DNA from: Antedon mediterranea
Lineage: Eukaryota > Animalia > Echinodermata
Direction of reading: 5' to 3'
NCBI RefSeq assembly: GCF_964355755.1
Contig: NC_092673.1
Location: 11,380,948-11,444,947 of the forward strand
Length of the DNA stretch: 64,000 nt
The position numbers and the translations under genes were made by a program. The notes beneath the pieces are model-generated. The model saw nothing but the letters and a program-made list of their open reading frames with translations. It was not told where the DNA came from and made no database searches. This document shows, one piece after another, positions 1-11,297 of this stretch; the first letter of the stretch is position 1, and every line of letters starts with the position of its first letter.

Positions 1-149
1 AAAACTAATCGTTTTTACATTTAACGGCGGGATATATGCACATTAGTGGATTATACATTTTTACAGATTTGCACATTTGAGGGTGCCATGTTTGCACAAA
101 TGTGGTTGTTTGCACAAATGTGACTTTTTGCACATTTCACGGCTCAACA
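1..149. mobile_element. Terminal repeat array of a Ginger-like DNA transposon (TTTxCACATTTGTG units ending in CAACA)
   Basis: Tandem gcacatttg/gcacaaatgtg units end in ggctcaaca (TGT..ACA terminus). The same unit type occurs at 11010-11230 next to an OTU remnant. The family call is inference. Confidence 0.45.
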
Positions 150-360
150 GGGTTACTATTAGAGTCACAAAAACTATTGACAAAATGATTGGCTGTTTAT
201 GATGCAGCCGTATTTTGAAAATAAGGAGATAATTTGCATGTTTATCTCGGGGAGTGGGTGAAGATTGAATGTTTTTGAGTTTATAAAATATAGTTTGTTT
301 ATTTGTACTGTTTTATTAGTTTTACTATGAGTACCGTAAGTAATGTATTTTACTCTATAG

Positions 361-1088
361 GGATTCAACTCAAGGAAGTCGGAAGGATGAAGGGTTTCGT
401 ATATTGCATGAACATAAACGCACATCAACATCTCTCAATGAGCTTGTAGATAACTACGGTCCTGAAGTATATGAAAAGAATTGTGAAAACTTCATCGGTA
501 CTGTCAAAATACCTACAGGAGTGGTATCTATCAAAGTCAACGGAAAACACGCAAATGGCACGTATACTGTTCCCATGGCAACGACAGAAGGGGCACTAGT
601 GGCATCATACAATAGAGGCACTAAAGTTATCAATGAAGCAGGTGGAATCAATGCTGCTTTTATTCGTCAAAGAATTGTCAGAGCACCATTATATGAATTT
701 AACAGTGTTGATGATGCATCAAAGTTCCAGGAATTTTACAGCCAGTCAGACACGTTTAAGCGAATGAAAGAAATAGCAGAGAAGACAACACGTCATGGTA
801 AACTGCACAAAACAACCTGTCATGTCCACGGAAGTACGGTACACACACGAATGAGTTACTCAAGTGGAGATGCATCTGGACAAAACATCGTAACGTTTGC
901 TACAGAACCTGTCTGTAAATGGATACAGAAGAACTCTCCAATTACTCCGACGGCTTGGTACATCGACAGTGGATTTTCCTTGGACAAGCGAGCTGGTTCG
1001 GCCAACGTAATAGACGGTCGTGGATCATATGTCACTGGGGAGGTAGTGATTCCAAGAGAGCTAATTGAGAAGAGGATGCATACATCTG
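361..1088 (+). CDS. HMGCR: HMG-CoA reductase-like (class I, bacterial-type motifs), internal exon; upstream exon(s) lie outside the window
   Basis: Acceptor ctctatag|g and donor ctg|gtaag. Encodes ENFIG, PMATTEGALVASYNRG, GDASGQNIV and LDKR...GRG. Confidence 0.9.
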
Positions 1089-1297
1089 GTAAGACAATGC
1101 ACGACGAAAGTATATTGTATAGTCCAAGGAAACGAGTTGTGTCATCATGACGATAGAGGATCTCTTTCAGTTTTTACATGGAAAACATTTTTTTTTAAAG
1201 AAATTAATAAGTTACAGTAATTCAGTCTTGTTATTGTCATGTTTAATTTTGAGTAATATGAATTAAACAATTTTAATATTATAGTTTTTTCTTACAG

Positions 1298-1357
1298 TGG
1301 AAATCATTCAGGATTTGAATTGGCATCAAATTGACAATATATTCGCCGGATCACAAG
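1298..1357 (+). CDS. HMGCR: HMG-CoA reductase-like, 60-nt exon (VEIIQDLNWHQIDNIFAGSQ)
   Basis: ttttcttacag| and |gtaatt, phase 1 at both ends. Joins the flanking exons in frame and fills the expected ..AGS.. segment. Confidence 0.8.
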
Positions 1358-1448
1358 GTAATTGTTTTAACATAACTCTAATATTTTACCATAGATGACC
1401 CTTAATCTTATGTCAACGAAAATCATTTGTCCTTTTTTTATTTTACAG

Positions 1449-1645
1449 CTTTAAATTGTCAAGCATCTAACGCTCTAGCAGCCATTTTCATTGCTACTGG
1501 ACAGGATCCAGCATGCGTTGCCGAATCACACCAAGCATATACACAATACAAGAAAACAATTGATGGTGATCTAAAAATGGTCTGTACACTACCATCACTT
1601 ATGATCGGTACCATTGGAGGTGGAACTTCCCTACCTAGTCAGAAG
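1449..1645 (+). CDS. HMGCR: HMG-CoA reductase-like exon (catalytic Asp motif)
   Basis: ttttacag| and aag|gtaac. Encodes NALAAIFIATGQDPACVAES and LPSLMIGTIGGGTSLPSQK. Confidence 0.9.
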
Positions 1646-1777
1646 GTAACATTTTATATACAGTATATTATATTGTTTGTAGTATTGAAAAACGGTGCTT
1701 GTGACTCTCAGAAATAGACAAATAATGATTATTGTTATTAATCATTACAAATTTCATCTACTTCATTCCTTTTCCAG

Positions 1778-1948
1778 ACATGTTTAGAAATAATAGGCAC
1801 TCATGGAATCGGAACGATGCCAGCATTTGCCGAAGTGATATTGGGTGTTGTCATGGGAGGAGAACTATCATTGATTTCAGCAATGGGCGCTCAACATTTT
1901 GCTTATGCTCACAAGAAGCATGCTCGTGGACCTAAGACGGTTGCGTAA
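1778..1948 (+). CDS. HMGCR: HMG-CoA reductase-like terminal exon (catalytic His)
   Basis: tttccag|aca. Translates TCLEIIGTHGIG..AFAEV..GGELSLISAMGAQHFAYAHKKHARGPKTVA-stop (TAA 1946-1948). The four exons give 384 aa. Confidence 0.9.
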   Translation, partial: TCLEIIGTHGIGTMPAFAEVILGVVMGGELSLISAMGAQHFAYAHKKHARGPKTVA

Positions 1949-3170
1949 ATAGTTTTAAAAAAAAGAAGATAATTATAAAGAACATTTTGTGTCCACGAAG
2001 ATAGGAATATTATCGATGTAGAATATACTACTTTTAACGTTGAAACCAGAGTTGTTAATTAGCAACTCCCTGATGTTGAAACGAACGTGTTCACAAGTTG
2101 TGACGACGACGTCACAAGTTTCAGTACTGAACGCATTATGAAACGTGAAATAGCTTTCAATTTGGAATTTATTACAATAATATAAATAAACTTTAGTCAG
2201 TATTAATTGGCATTATATTATAATGGATAACATGAGTCAAGTCAAATCAAAATAATAAATAAAATATCAAAATGTGTTAAAACCGTAGATAAAAGTGCAA
2301 ATATATTACCGTTATTGTAATTTTCATCTATAAAGAGAGTCGAATGATCTAACATTTATCTGAATAAAATAATTATTACAATTATAATACCTGTATGTAT
2401 ACTTTTTGCCATTATTGACGACACGAATGTAGGCTAATGTGACTGCAGGCACCAGAGTCACTACGCACGTGCAATAAATGTTGTGCTTTTGTGATATCCA
2501 CGTACATCCGCCTTACCATGCCAAATCAATACAATAACAAACAATAAATGCAACCAACATTCATACCAATGGGCATATCAATTAGTGTACGGACAAAGAA
2601 TTCTGTACTTATCATCACACTAAATGACATGTTAAAAATGCACACACAAAACACTTATAACGTTGTCCATGTACAGAATTTATCGAAAATGATATGTCGC
2701 CCAACCACTGTGTATTGTTTTTTTAATGTAATCTATTCTACGTTGTCTTCATTCAATGCTATTTGGTACGTCAAGTATTGATACAATAAACCATTTTTTG
2801 ATTTCCTTGTCTTTCTTCTATATGTCTTTCCCCCACTCTCTCTCTCTCTCTCCCCCTTTTCTCTTCTTCTCAGTCACGGTACGAAGGCTTGTCAGGATAT
2901 TACTCGGACAGGACATTTCGTTGAAAACCATTTCGCCGACAGACAATTGGCCAAGACAATTTAGCCGACAAGAAATTTCGCCCAAACATTACCAACACGA
3001 TTCATTAACACTTACTTTTACTTTACAATATTCATTTTTTTAATTCATTGATCCGCCACTCAGAAATAAAATAAGGTATGACATTATACCGTATTGATTC
3101 GAATAAACGCCCGGGCGTTTAATGTTCGGAGAGTTTTTAAGGGACGTTTATTAGAGGGAGGCGTTTATTT

Positions 3171-4400
3171 TTGGGTTATCCGCACTTGGCGGATAACCCT
3201 TGTTATTGTCAGGATTTTGTTTTCATCTTCTTCTTTGTTATTCTTCTTTCTTTCTACGAATTCTGTTGCATATGTATCTCAAATTTTTGGCAACATAAGA
3301 TTGTATAACTTTGAAGAAGAAGAAGACTTGACCTGTAGATTTGCAAGAAACTTCGTTATAGGGGTATGACGTCAGAGTCGCGCAGCTTATGTTTATGAAA
3401 TTTTATGTTGATCATGACTTCTGAACTAAAAATATTTTTTCATTGAAACAAAAGTGTAGGCCTACTTCATGATATGAAGCAATTTGTGATGTGATTAAAA
3501 AAAAAAAGCATGCTACGTAAAAAATTACGCATTTCAAATTTCAAAATTACGCGTATATTTCAAGTCATTTTTCACGTCTTGCGCACACAGCTCGTTACAA
3601 AGCGTTGAAAACACGTGTAATTCTTTCTTGTGGTTCATACTAATGCGTACCCCATTCTATAGATTTTTATATTACTTTCTCAATCAATTTTCTTTCACAT
3701 GAGTCATAATTTCGTCATAATATAAAAAATGTTGAATAAACGTGAGTTACTTAATTTCATCGACACAGTAGGCCTATATTTCAATCTGTTATAGCTCCTC
3801 AGAATGAAAAGTAACCAACATGATTAAATCTTATTATGAAAGCTGTTGAATTGTAGATATGAATTCATATACAAATATATGGTCAGTTGAATTAAAAATT
3901 AGAATTAAAAAAGTCAGATTTTCATCTCTTTCCTAAATGTTTGTCGTGTTTAAAAATAGGGCGCATCTTGCTTTTACATGACCAAAATTTTTAAAATTGT
4001 ATGATTTAAATTATTTAGATAATTATGTTCTAAAATTGTTATCTTCATGTTTCATTTTGATGGCGTCATCATGTTAAAAAATAGAATAAAAGATTCTATG
4101 CTACACTGTATAATTTATTCAGTGTATTCTGGAATACTGTATATATATTTATATATGTAAATCAATTGTGTTGCGTATAGCACTGTGTAAATTATATATA
4201 AATCATACTGTAAATTATAGAAACAGTGCTCATATTCGGAACATGATCTCATAATCGCGTCGAGCATAGCTCATTGGCGAAAGTTAACTACTGTGTGACA
4301 CAAAAATAGGCAATTCATCACTGTAAACATTTATTTCATATTTTAACGTACACGCATTTTGCCTTTGCGCGGATAGTCAAAGTAACGAGTTCAAATCTAG
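3171..4400 (+). mobile_element. Non-autonomous Helentron/Helitron-like element (family A)
   Basis: 5' GGTTATCCGC-acttg-GCGGATAACC hairpin and TTC-rich tract; 3' GCGGATAG..ACGAGTTCAAATCTAG|T. A truncated second 5' end follows at 4402. Confidence 0.7.
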
Positions 4401-4719
4401 TTGATTATCCGCACTTGGCTACACGCATAGCATGCTACAAATTACGCGTATTTAAAATTTTAAAATGCACAAAATTGATTACATACATTACAGGTTATTT
4501 TGAACATTTCAAATATTTTGGCGTTTTGCGCACGTACTTGTGCGCACAGGTCTTACAAAGCGTAGAAAAATGTTATTTTGCGATTTATTTGGGTTTTCAA
4601 TATCTTCTGTAGTAGATTTCATTCATTTTGATGAACTTTAAATGCAAAATAACGACGCACCTGCACGTTAAAATCGTGTGCTAAAATAGGTAATTTAATA
4701 ATAATAATTATTTTAACGA

Positions 4720-5750
4720 ATCCAAGTTAGTACAGTGGCCTTTTATCCTTAATCAATAGACTAACTCGTATTACCCGAACGTCAACAACATTCATTGACA
4801 ACATATTATCTAATCAAATTGAATCATCAAGTCTATCTGGACTTTTCTATAGTGACATTAGTGATCATTTGCCCATTTTTAACATTACACCCTTATCAAA
4901 TATACCAAACCGTCCTAAAAAAAAACTATGTAAGCCCTAATCATACCTACAGAAAATTTAACAAAAACTGTATTCCAAATCCTTCCGCTATCCGAATGAC
5001 AAAAACATTAATGAATATAAGCAATTCCGTAACTCCCTTAACTCTTTAATAAAATTAACAAAACGCGATTATTATGAAAAAAAGTTTAAGCAGCAGAAAG
5101 AACATGGACAATTATAAATAGTCTAAAAAATATAAATTGCGAAGGAAACTTAACGGATGATCCCAACATAATTTCAAATCATTTTAATAATTTTTGTGTT
5201 AATATTGGACCAACCCTCGCCAAAAATATAGACACATCTAATGCAAATTTTAAGGATTACCTCCCTCCGCCTTCCATAAATTCTTTATTTCTCAATCCTG
5301 TGACTGTTTTTGAGATTATGGATATTGTTATGGGCCTCAAAAATAGTAAAGCACCTGGCATTGATGATATTAACCCGTCTATTATTAAACAACTTATCCC
5401 TTTTATTTCTGAACCCCTCTGCTACATTTTCAATCTTTGTTTTGTAAATGGCACCTTTCCTGACACCCTTAAACTAGCTAAAGTAACTCCTATTTTTAAA
5501 ACTGGTGACAAATCTGATTCCAGTAATTACCGTCCTATATCAGTGCTACATTGATCACGATATTTTATTATATAAGTTACGTAATTATGGAATACGTGGC
5601 CCTGTATATAATTTATTCAAAAGCTACCTTTCAAACCGCAAGCAATGCACTAAATTTAAACACACCCTTTCTGATGTTCTTCCTATTATTTGTGGAGTCC
5701 CTCAAGGTTCCCTGATTGGGCCTCTATTATTTTTATTATACATAAATCTA
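4720..5750 (+). pseudogene. Degenerate CR1/L2-type LINE ORF2 (endonuclease-RT fragments)
   Basis: KAPGIDDI, FPDTLKLAKVTPIFKTGD..NYRPISVL and GVPQGSLIGPLLFLLYIN, with deletions and frameshifts. Confidence 0.8.
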
Positions 5751-5839
5751 AAGAAGTGCTGTTGTATGATGTTCAAAAATTCACAAATACCACTAAATAC
5801 CAGTACTTTCAAACTAAAAATTAAAGATCAATTAATACC

Positions 5840-7110
5840 TATTCTTACCTTTAGTAATTCTTACCTTTAGTAAAGTTAAGAGGCAATGAGTTTTTTTAAA
5901 CTCGTAGGGAGCCTCTTCTCTCATATGTGTGTATGTGTGTGTATTTGTCAAGTTTGTTTTTGAATGAATTTACACTCTTGCTATTGACAACAGATTCGGG
6001 CAGCGAGTTCCACTTGTTAATTACTCTAGTATCAAAACAATTATTCCGTTTAGTTGAGTTCCATCTAGGTTTCTTTAATTTAAAAGTTGAGCCTCGAGTG
6101 ATATTTGGACCAACTTCAGATGCTAATTTAAAAAAGGAGTGGCGATCTATATTTTCGTAACCATTCAAAAATTTAAAAACTTCGATGAGGTCTCCGCGTT
6201 CCCTTCTTTCCAGTAAAGTTGGTAAACCTAGCTGTATCCTGCGCTCTTCATAGGGCAAGTTTCTGAGTTCTGGTACAAGTTTTGTTGCTCGTTGTTGGAT
6301 TTTCTCAAGTTTATTGATGTCTTGTTGTAGATATGGTGACCAGGCTTGAACTGCATACTCCATAACCGGACGCACAAGAGAAGTATAAAGCGACATGAAC
6401 ATCTGTTTATCCATATATGTAAAGGATTTCCGTATTCGGCCTACAATTGAATTGGCTTTGGCTGCAACTTTAGAAACTTGTGTCGACACTTTAAAGTCAG
6501 ACGTTACATAGACTCCGAGGTCTTTCTCAGCAGAGGTTGTATCAAGAACTGTACCATCGATTGAATAAGTTTGTTTTGGATTGCGATTTCCAATGTGCAT
6601 TACTTTACATTTAGATTTACTAAACTCCAGTAGCCACTTCTTACTCCACTGCTCAAGTTTACTCAAATCATTCTGCAGGGCATCTCGGTCGTTAACTGAA
6701 TCAATCTTACAATAAATCTTAGCATCGTCTGCAAATAGTTTACCATCTGATTCAATATTATCAAGTAGATCGTTGATGTAGACTAAAAATAAAGCTGGAC
6801 CAATAACTGTGCCTTGAGGCACGCCACTGAACACAGGTAACCAACTTGAAACCGAACCTTTGATTGAAACACATTGACGTCTATTTTCTAAAAATCCACT
6901 TATCAACTTAGAATATTACCTTGAATGCCATAAGCTCGCAATTTAATTTTCAGCCTAATGTGCGGAACTGTATCGAAGGCCTTACGGCAGTCCAGGTATA
7001 TAACATCAACGGGATGTCTGTCGGCGAGAGCATTTTCTACATCGCGGAAAAATTCAAGCAATTGTGTTAAACAAGAACGATTAGTACGAAAACCATGTTT
7101 GATGTTTGGT
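5840..7110 (-). mobile_element. 5'-truncated CR1/L2-type LINE (RT C-terminal half plus 3' tail)
   Basis: 336-aa ORF 5896-6906 with GVPQGTVIGP, FADDAK, KDLGV and LVRPVMEYA. The tail has AAAGGTAAG repeats. Confidence 0.9.
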
Positions 7111-7728
7111 GAGTGTATTTTTAGTTTTTCAACTGTGCGCGGTAGAAGTAATTTCCGGGTTCATGGTGAGTTTACGGGTTTACCTTGCAACTTCCTGGTT
7201 TCAAGTTGGCCGTTGGTGTCGATAGCCGTTTTAGATTTTGTTTATTTTCGGACCGGAGTATTTTGTTTTGAGTGAAACCCCGATAGCCGAGTTGTTGAAT
7301 ACGCATTATTTTTTTTCTATGAGACTAAGGCAGAAATCATGAATAATTCATTAGAATAATTATGAAATAATATGGGACTTATAGATGGCGCTATATAATC
7401 ATGGAGAGAGATTAAATAATTTGTGTAAACAGTGTTTGCCAACCGAAATGTTTAGTCTAGTCATGGTAAAGGCTTTAACCTATTGCACTGGAGAGGTCTA
7501 TCAAGAACATGTTTTTTTTAATAGTTGAGAGAGATTTTAGAGGGTTAGGTTTAGTATATTTAGGAAGTAGATCAGCTATCTTAAAATTCTGTATAATAAT
7601 TTGCCATTATTATTTTAATATTGTTCACTTTTCAGTATATTAACTAATATATCCCCGATACTTTATCATATTATTTTATTTAGTCATCATAGCATGCATT
7701 ATGAATTGAAAATATTACATAATTGTTA

Positions 7729-7885
7729 TTTTTTTTTTTTAACCATATTTAATGAGGGTGATCCATCCAGCTTGGGAATGGAGTAATTTGGTCCTTAGAA
7801 AAAATCCTGACATGTGACGGGACTTGAACCCAGGACCCTTGGAGTGGTAGGCAAGCATCATAACCACCAAGCCACAACTCCACTC
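7729..7885 (-). mobile_element. Short tRNA-derived SINE
   Basis: On the minus strand: A box TGGCTTGGTGG, B box GGTTCAAGTCCC, a short tRNA-unrelated tail and poly(A). It interrupts a repeat that is uninterrupted near 23390. Confidence 0.75.
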
Positions 7886-9089
7886 AATTATTAGTAATTA
7901 TGGGATTTTCCTTCCAAAATCAATGAATCGAACTGTATTAGCGCACGCGCGCGCAATATTCTTTACCGCAAGTACTTCTGTACGCTGTGCACATAGAAAT
8001 TTCACCGTAAAATGTGCAATCACATTTTTTTTAATATAAGAAAAAAAGTTGAAAGAATGTTGTTGCTCCTATACTTTACATGCATTAACGGAGACAAGTT
8101 TGACACAATTTGATCTCCATATGACGTGACTTTAATCCAATATCGTAACTCTTTATATATGGCTCTGACTAGCCAACCAAAGGCCATATAATTTAGATGG
8201 ATGGATGAAGTCGCGTGCTCAAAAATTAGTGTTTACCGACCGACCGACCGACATATTGAGCTGTAGAGTCGACTAAAAAAAAAAAAAACCCAAACGATAA
8301 CGCTTTATGAACGTAAAACTGGTAATATTATTTCTTATCACAGGTAATTACTTTTAATATTTTAATTTTTATTGAATATGTCAGGCCTACACCAAAGTAG
8401 GCCAAACCTATTTAATAATTAGGCTTTTCAATAACAAACAGCATATCATATAGGCTATGATAGATTCATATAAGCCTAGTTCATAACGTAATAAGAACAG
8501 GCATGCTTTAGTGGCTCATTTAAGAATTGAGTTAAATGGGTATTATTAATTAGTTAGTATATAGGCCTATTTCCCACTGATTTTAAATTAAATGTCATTT
8601 AGCCGCGCCTAGGCCCAATTGTTATTCTCTTTGACCAAGTTGGAAATTTGATCCTAACAAAAATTAATTACACGAAAAACGTAATTTAAAGATAATTATA
8701 TTGTCACCCTAAATTTTTTTTTTCAATTTTTTGTTGAATATGCCATTTCAATTTTAACTTTGACCAAAACTGGATAAAAAAAAAAGATTATTTACCTGAA
8801 AAAAAATGTAATTTAAAGCAAAAAATACTTTTAATTTAAAAATTGTCTGTCAGACAATGGATATTTGGTTAAAATTGCAAAATGGTCTTATTCAAAGTCT
8901 GATTTATTATTTCCATTTGTCATGTATTTTGGGGACAATATATAATTAAATATATTAAACCCCAAAAGTATTGCTAATTCTTTTAATGATTTTTAAAATT
9001 GTTTATTTCCAATTTTTCACAAAATGATCATGAATTGCGTTCGGATGATAATAATTGTGAATATAATGAGCATGTTGGGGGCCTTGCTT

Positions 9090-9830
9090 ATATCTGGGGT
9101 GACTACCACTGCAGAAGAGGTTCTGCAGCTTATTAATGGGCTCAAATTTGGAAAAGCCCCTGGGCCGGACGGCATTACATCTTTAATGCTTGCTTGTTCA
9201 GCTGCCTACTACATTAGTGAGCCGTTGGCCAAGCTGTTTATTCCCTCACTTGCATGTGGAACCCTTCCAAGTAACTGGAAAAGTGCGAATATTATACCTG
9301 TATATAAGTCTAGTTATTCTAACCAAATAGACAATCAACATGGTTTCGTAATTACAGTTCATGTACAACAATCCCTTCCGAAATAATCCACGTATTGACG
9401 CAGTTTTCCTTGATTCGAGTAAGGCGTTTGACCTCATACATTATTGCTTTGAAAACAAAAGTTTCGGTGTCTGCGGGACTACTTTGCAATGGATTTCTTC
9501 TTTCCTTCTGGGTCTTTCTCAAAAGTTTGTATTCAGAAGGGCGTTTTCATCTTCCTCCCCTCTACTATCTGCCGTTCCACAGGGTTCGGTGCTGGGACCC
9601 ATACTTTATAATTTGTTTGTTATTGACCTAAATGCTTTATTATCTTCTTCAGTTAAAATGTATGCTGATGACACCCTCTTATATCATGCAATTAGATTGC
9701 CTAACGATGTATGTATTCTTCAAAAAGACTTGGATTGTGTATTAAATTTGAGCACAATGAGGGGTAACTAGGAGTATAATATTGGCTCGGATACTTTTGA
9801 ATTCAAGTATTTTGGAGTCACCTTGATTGG
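9090..9830 (+). pseudogene. Degenerate LINE RT fragment
   Basis: KAPGPDGI, LPSNWKSANIIPVYK, DAVFLDSSKAFD, VPQGSVLGP and YADDT, split by frameshifts. Confidence 0.85.
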
Positions 9831-10231
9831 GTTGGGGGGGGGGGGGTCTGGGGTTCCGAAGCAGAGAGGAAATCATCTCAAACCTCATTCTATGGAGACC
9901 ACAACATGGACATTGGAACCCAGGGCGTCCTACAACCTAGACACTCTAATTAAGGACACTGGACTTAAATAAGAAGAGCTTTCAACAACCATGACAGATA
10001 GAACCACACTTAAGTAAGTAAGTAAATATCAAGAGCGAAAACTTAAAGTACCAATTTACAAAAGGTGGGGACACTATTCTTTTACGATTAAAAAATTAAA
10101 AAGTCTAGAGTAACACACAAATTGACCATATGTCCAGGAAAGATTATTGGAAGGAAACTGAAAGCGTACATGTACAAGGTGGAGTTCTGTCATCCTGTTA
10201 CGGCAGCTAATGTTAAACAATGCCATATACA

Positions 10232-10315
10232 TGGCTACAGTCGCGTGCTTAAGATAGTGTTTACCAACCGACCGACATCGTGAGCTGTAGAGTCGCGTTG
10301 CACGCGACTAAAAAT
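10232..10315 (-). mobile_element. Minimal DINE-1/HINE-like element (family B); similar copy at 8210-8280
   Basis: The reverse strand reads TTTTTAGTCGCGTG-caacgcgac, a GTCG microsatellite and a 3' GCACGCGAC subterminal repeat. The termini match 12789-13514. Confidence 0.55.
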
Positions 10316-10469
10316 GGAAATCAGTGTCCAATATAACTTTAGATACATTGTGCACTCATAGGCAACGAGAGAGCGAGCGAGAGAGAGAAAAAAAAACCGG
10401 AAAATGCTCCGAAAGAAATTTTATCAGATAATCATCCACGACAATAAAATTGATGAAATTCCCAACGAA

Positions 10470-11230
10470 TTTGGGTTAAACGTTGACTACGACCCAGCGG
10501 GAGATGGCAAATGCCAATTCAATGTTATCAATTACAAAACCTGGGATTATTCATGTCTCACAAAACACTCAGAAGTGAGGTAGTGCATTACTTAGAAAGT
10601 GTTTCACATCTTGGAAATTCCAATAAATGGTCGAATTTTTAACTGAAACACCCGACAATTATCTTACTCGCATGTCACGAAATGGTAGGGCCTACATTTG
10701 GTGAGAAATTAACACTACTAGTTATTTCTGAATTATTTTACATTCAGATAATTGTTGAATCAACATTAAACGGAGCAACACGTATTATTCGTCCAAATTT
10801 TCATTAGACATGCCTTACATCGTTCTGGGACATTTCGCAGAAAACGAAGGAGATTATTACGTATGACATGGACATACCAATGATCAAACCCCAGACGTAT
10901 CGTGAGCACACAATTATTGAAACAACTCAATACAATGTATATAAATCCCGTAATAATACATTAACATTAACTCGATCAAAATTGTTTGGCAATAAATTTG
11001 ATTTGGATTTTTTTTTACATTTGTGGGCGAAAGTCTTTTTTTTTTACCTTTGTGGGCGATGATCGTTTTCACATTAATGTGGGCGCTGTTTTCACATTTG
11101 TAGGTGATGCGTTTTCACATTTGTGGTTGTTCCACATTATGGGTGATACGTTTTTACATTTGTGGTTGTTTTCACATTTGTGGGTGATACGTTTTTACAT
11201 TTGTGGTTATTTTCACATTTGTGGGTTCAA
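10470..11230 (+). mobile_element. Ginger-like transposon remnant: OTU protease pseudogene plus terminal repeat array
   Basis: Broken frames give DPAGDGKCQF, LRSEVVHYLE, YLTRMSRNG, LTLLVISELFYIQI and LGHFAENEGDYYV (OTU-like). Tandem TTTTCACATTTGTGG units follow at 11010-11230. Confidence 0.6.
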
Positions 11231-11297
11231 GGGTTTCATGTATTTCGAACTAGTAATAAAGCATCGAAGAAGATAGGTTTCATAATAGTCTCGTTCG

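Noticed and set aside
404-1150. Bacterial contaminant or intronless HMGR ORF
   Set aside because: The frame needs three phase-consistent GT-AG introns, and the flanks are animal repeats.
1732-1935. 67-aa ORF in the track
   Set aside because: Wrong frame; the real HMGR terminal exon is 1778-1948 in another frame.
7815-7885. Functional tRNA gene
   Set aside because: The acceptor stem does not pair convincingly, and a non-tRNA tail and poly(A) follow. Called a SINE instead.
11010-11230. Repeat array that could be read as CRISPR-like
   Set aside because: The units are short and degenerate, there are no unique spacers or cas genes, and the context is eukaryotic. It fits a transposon terminal array.
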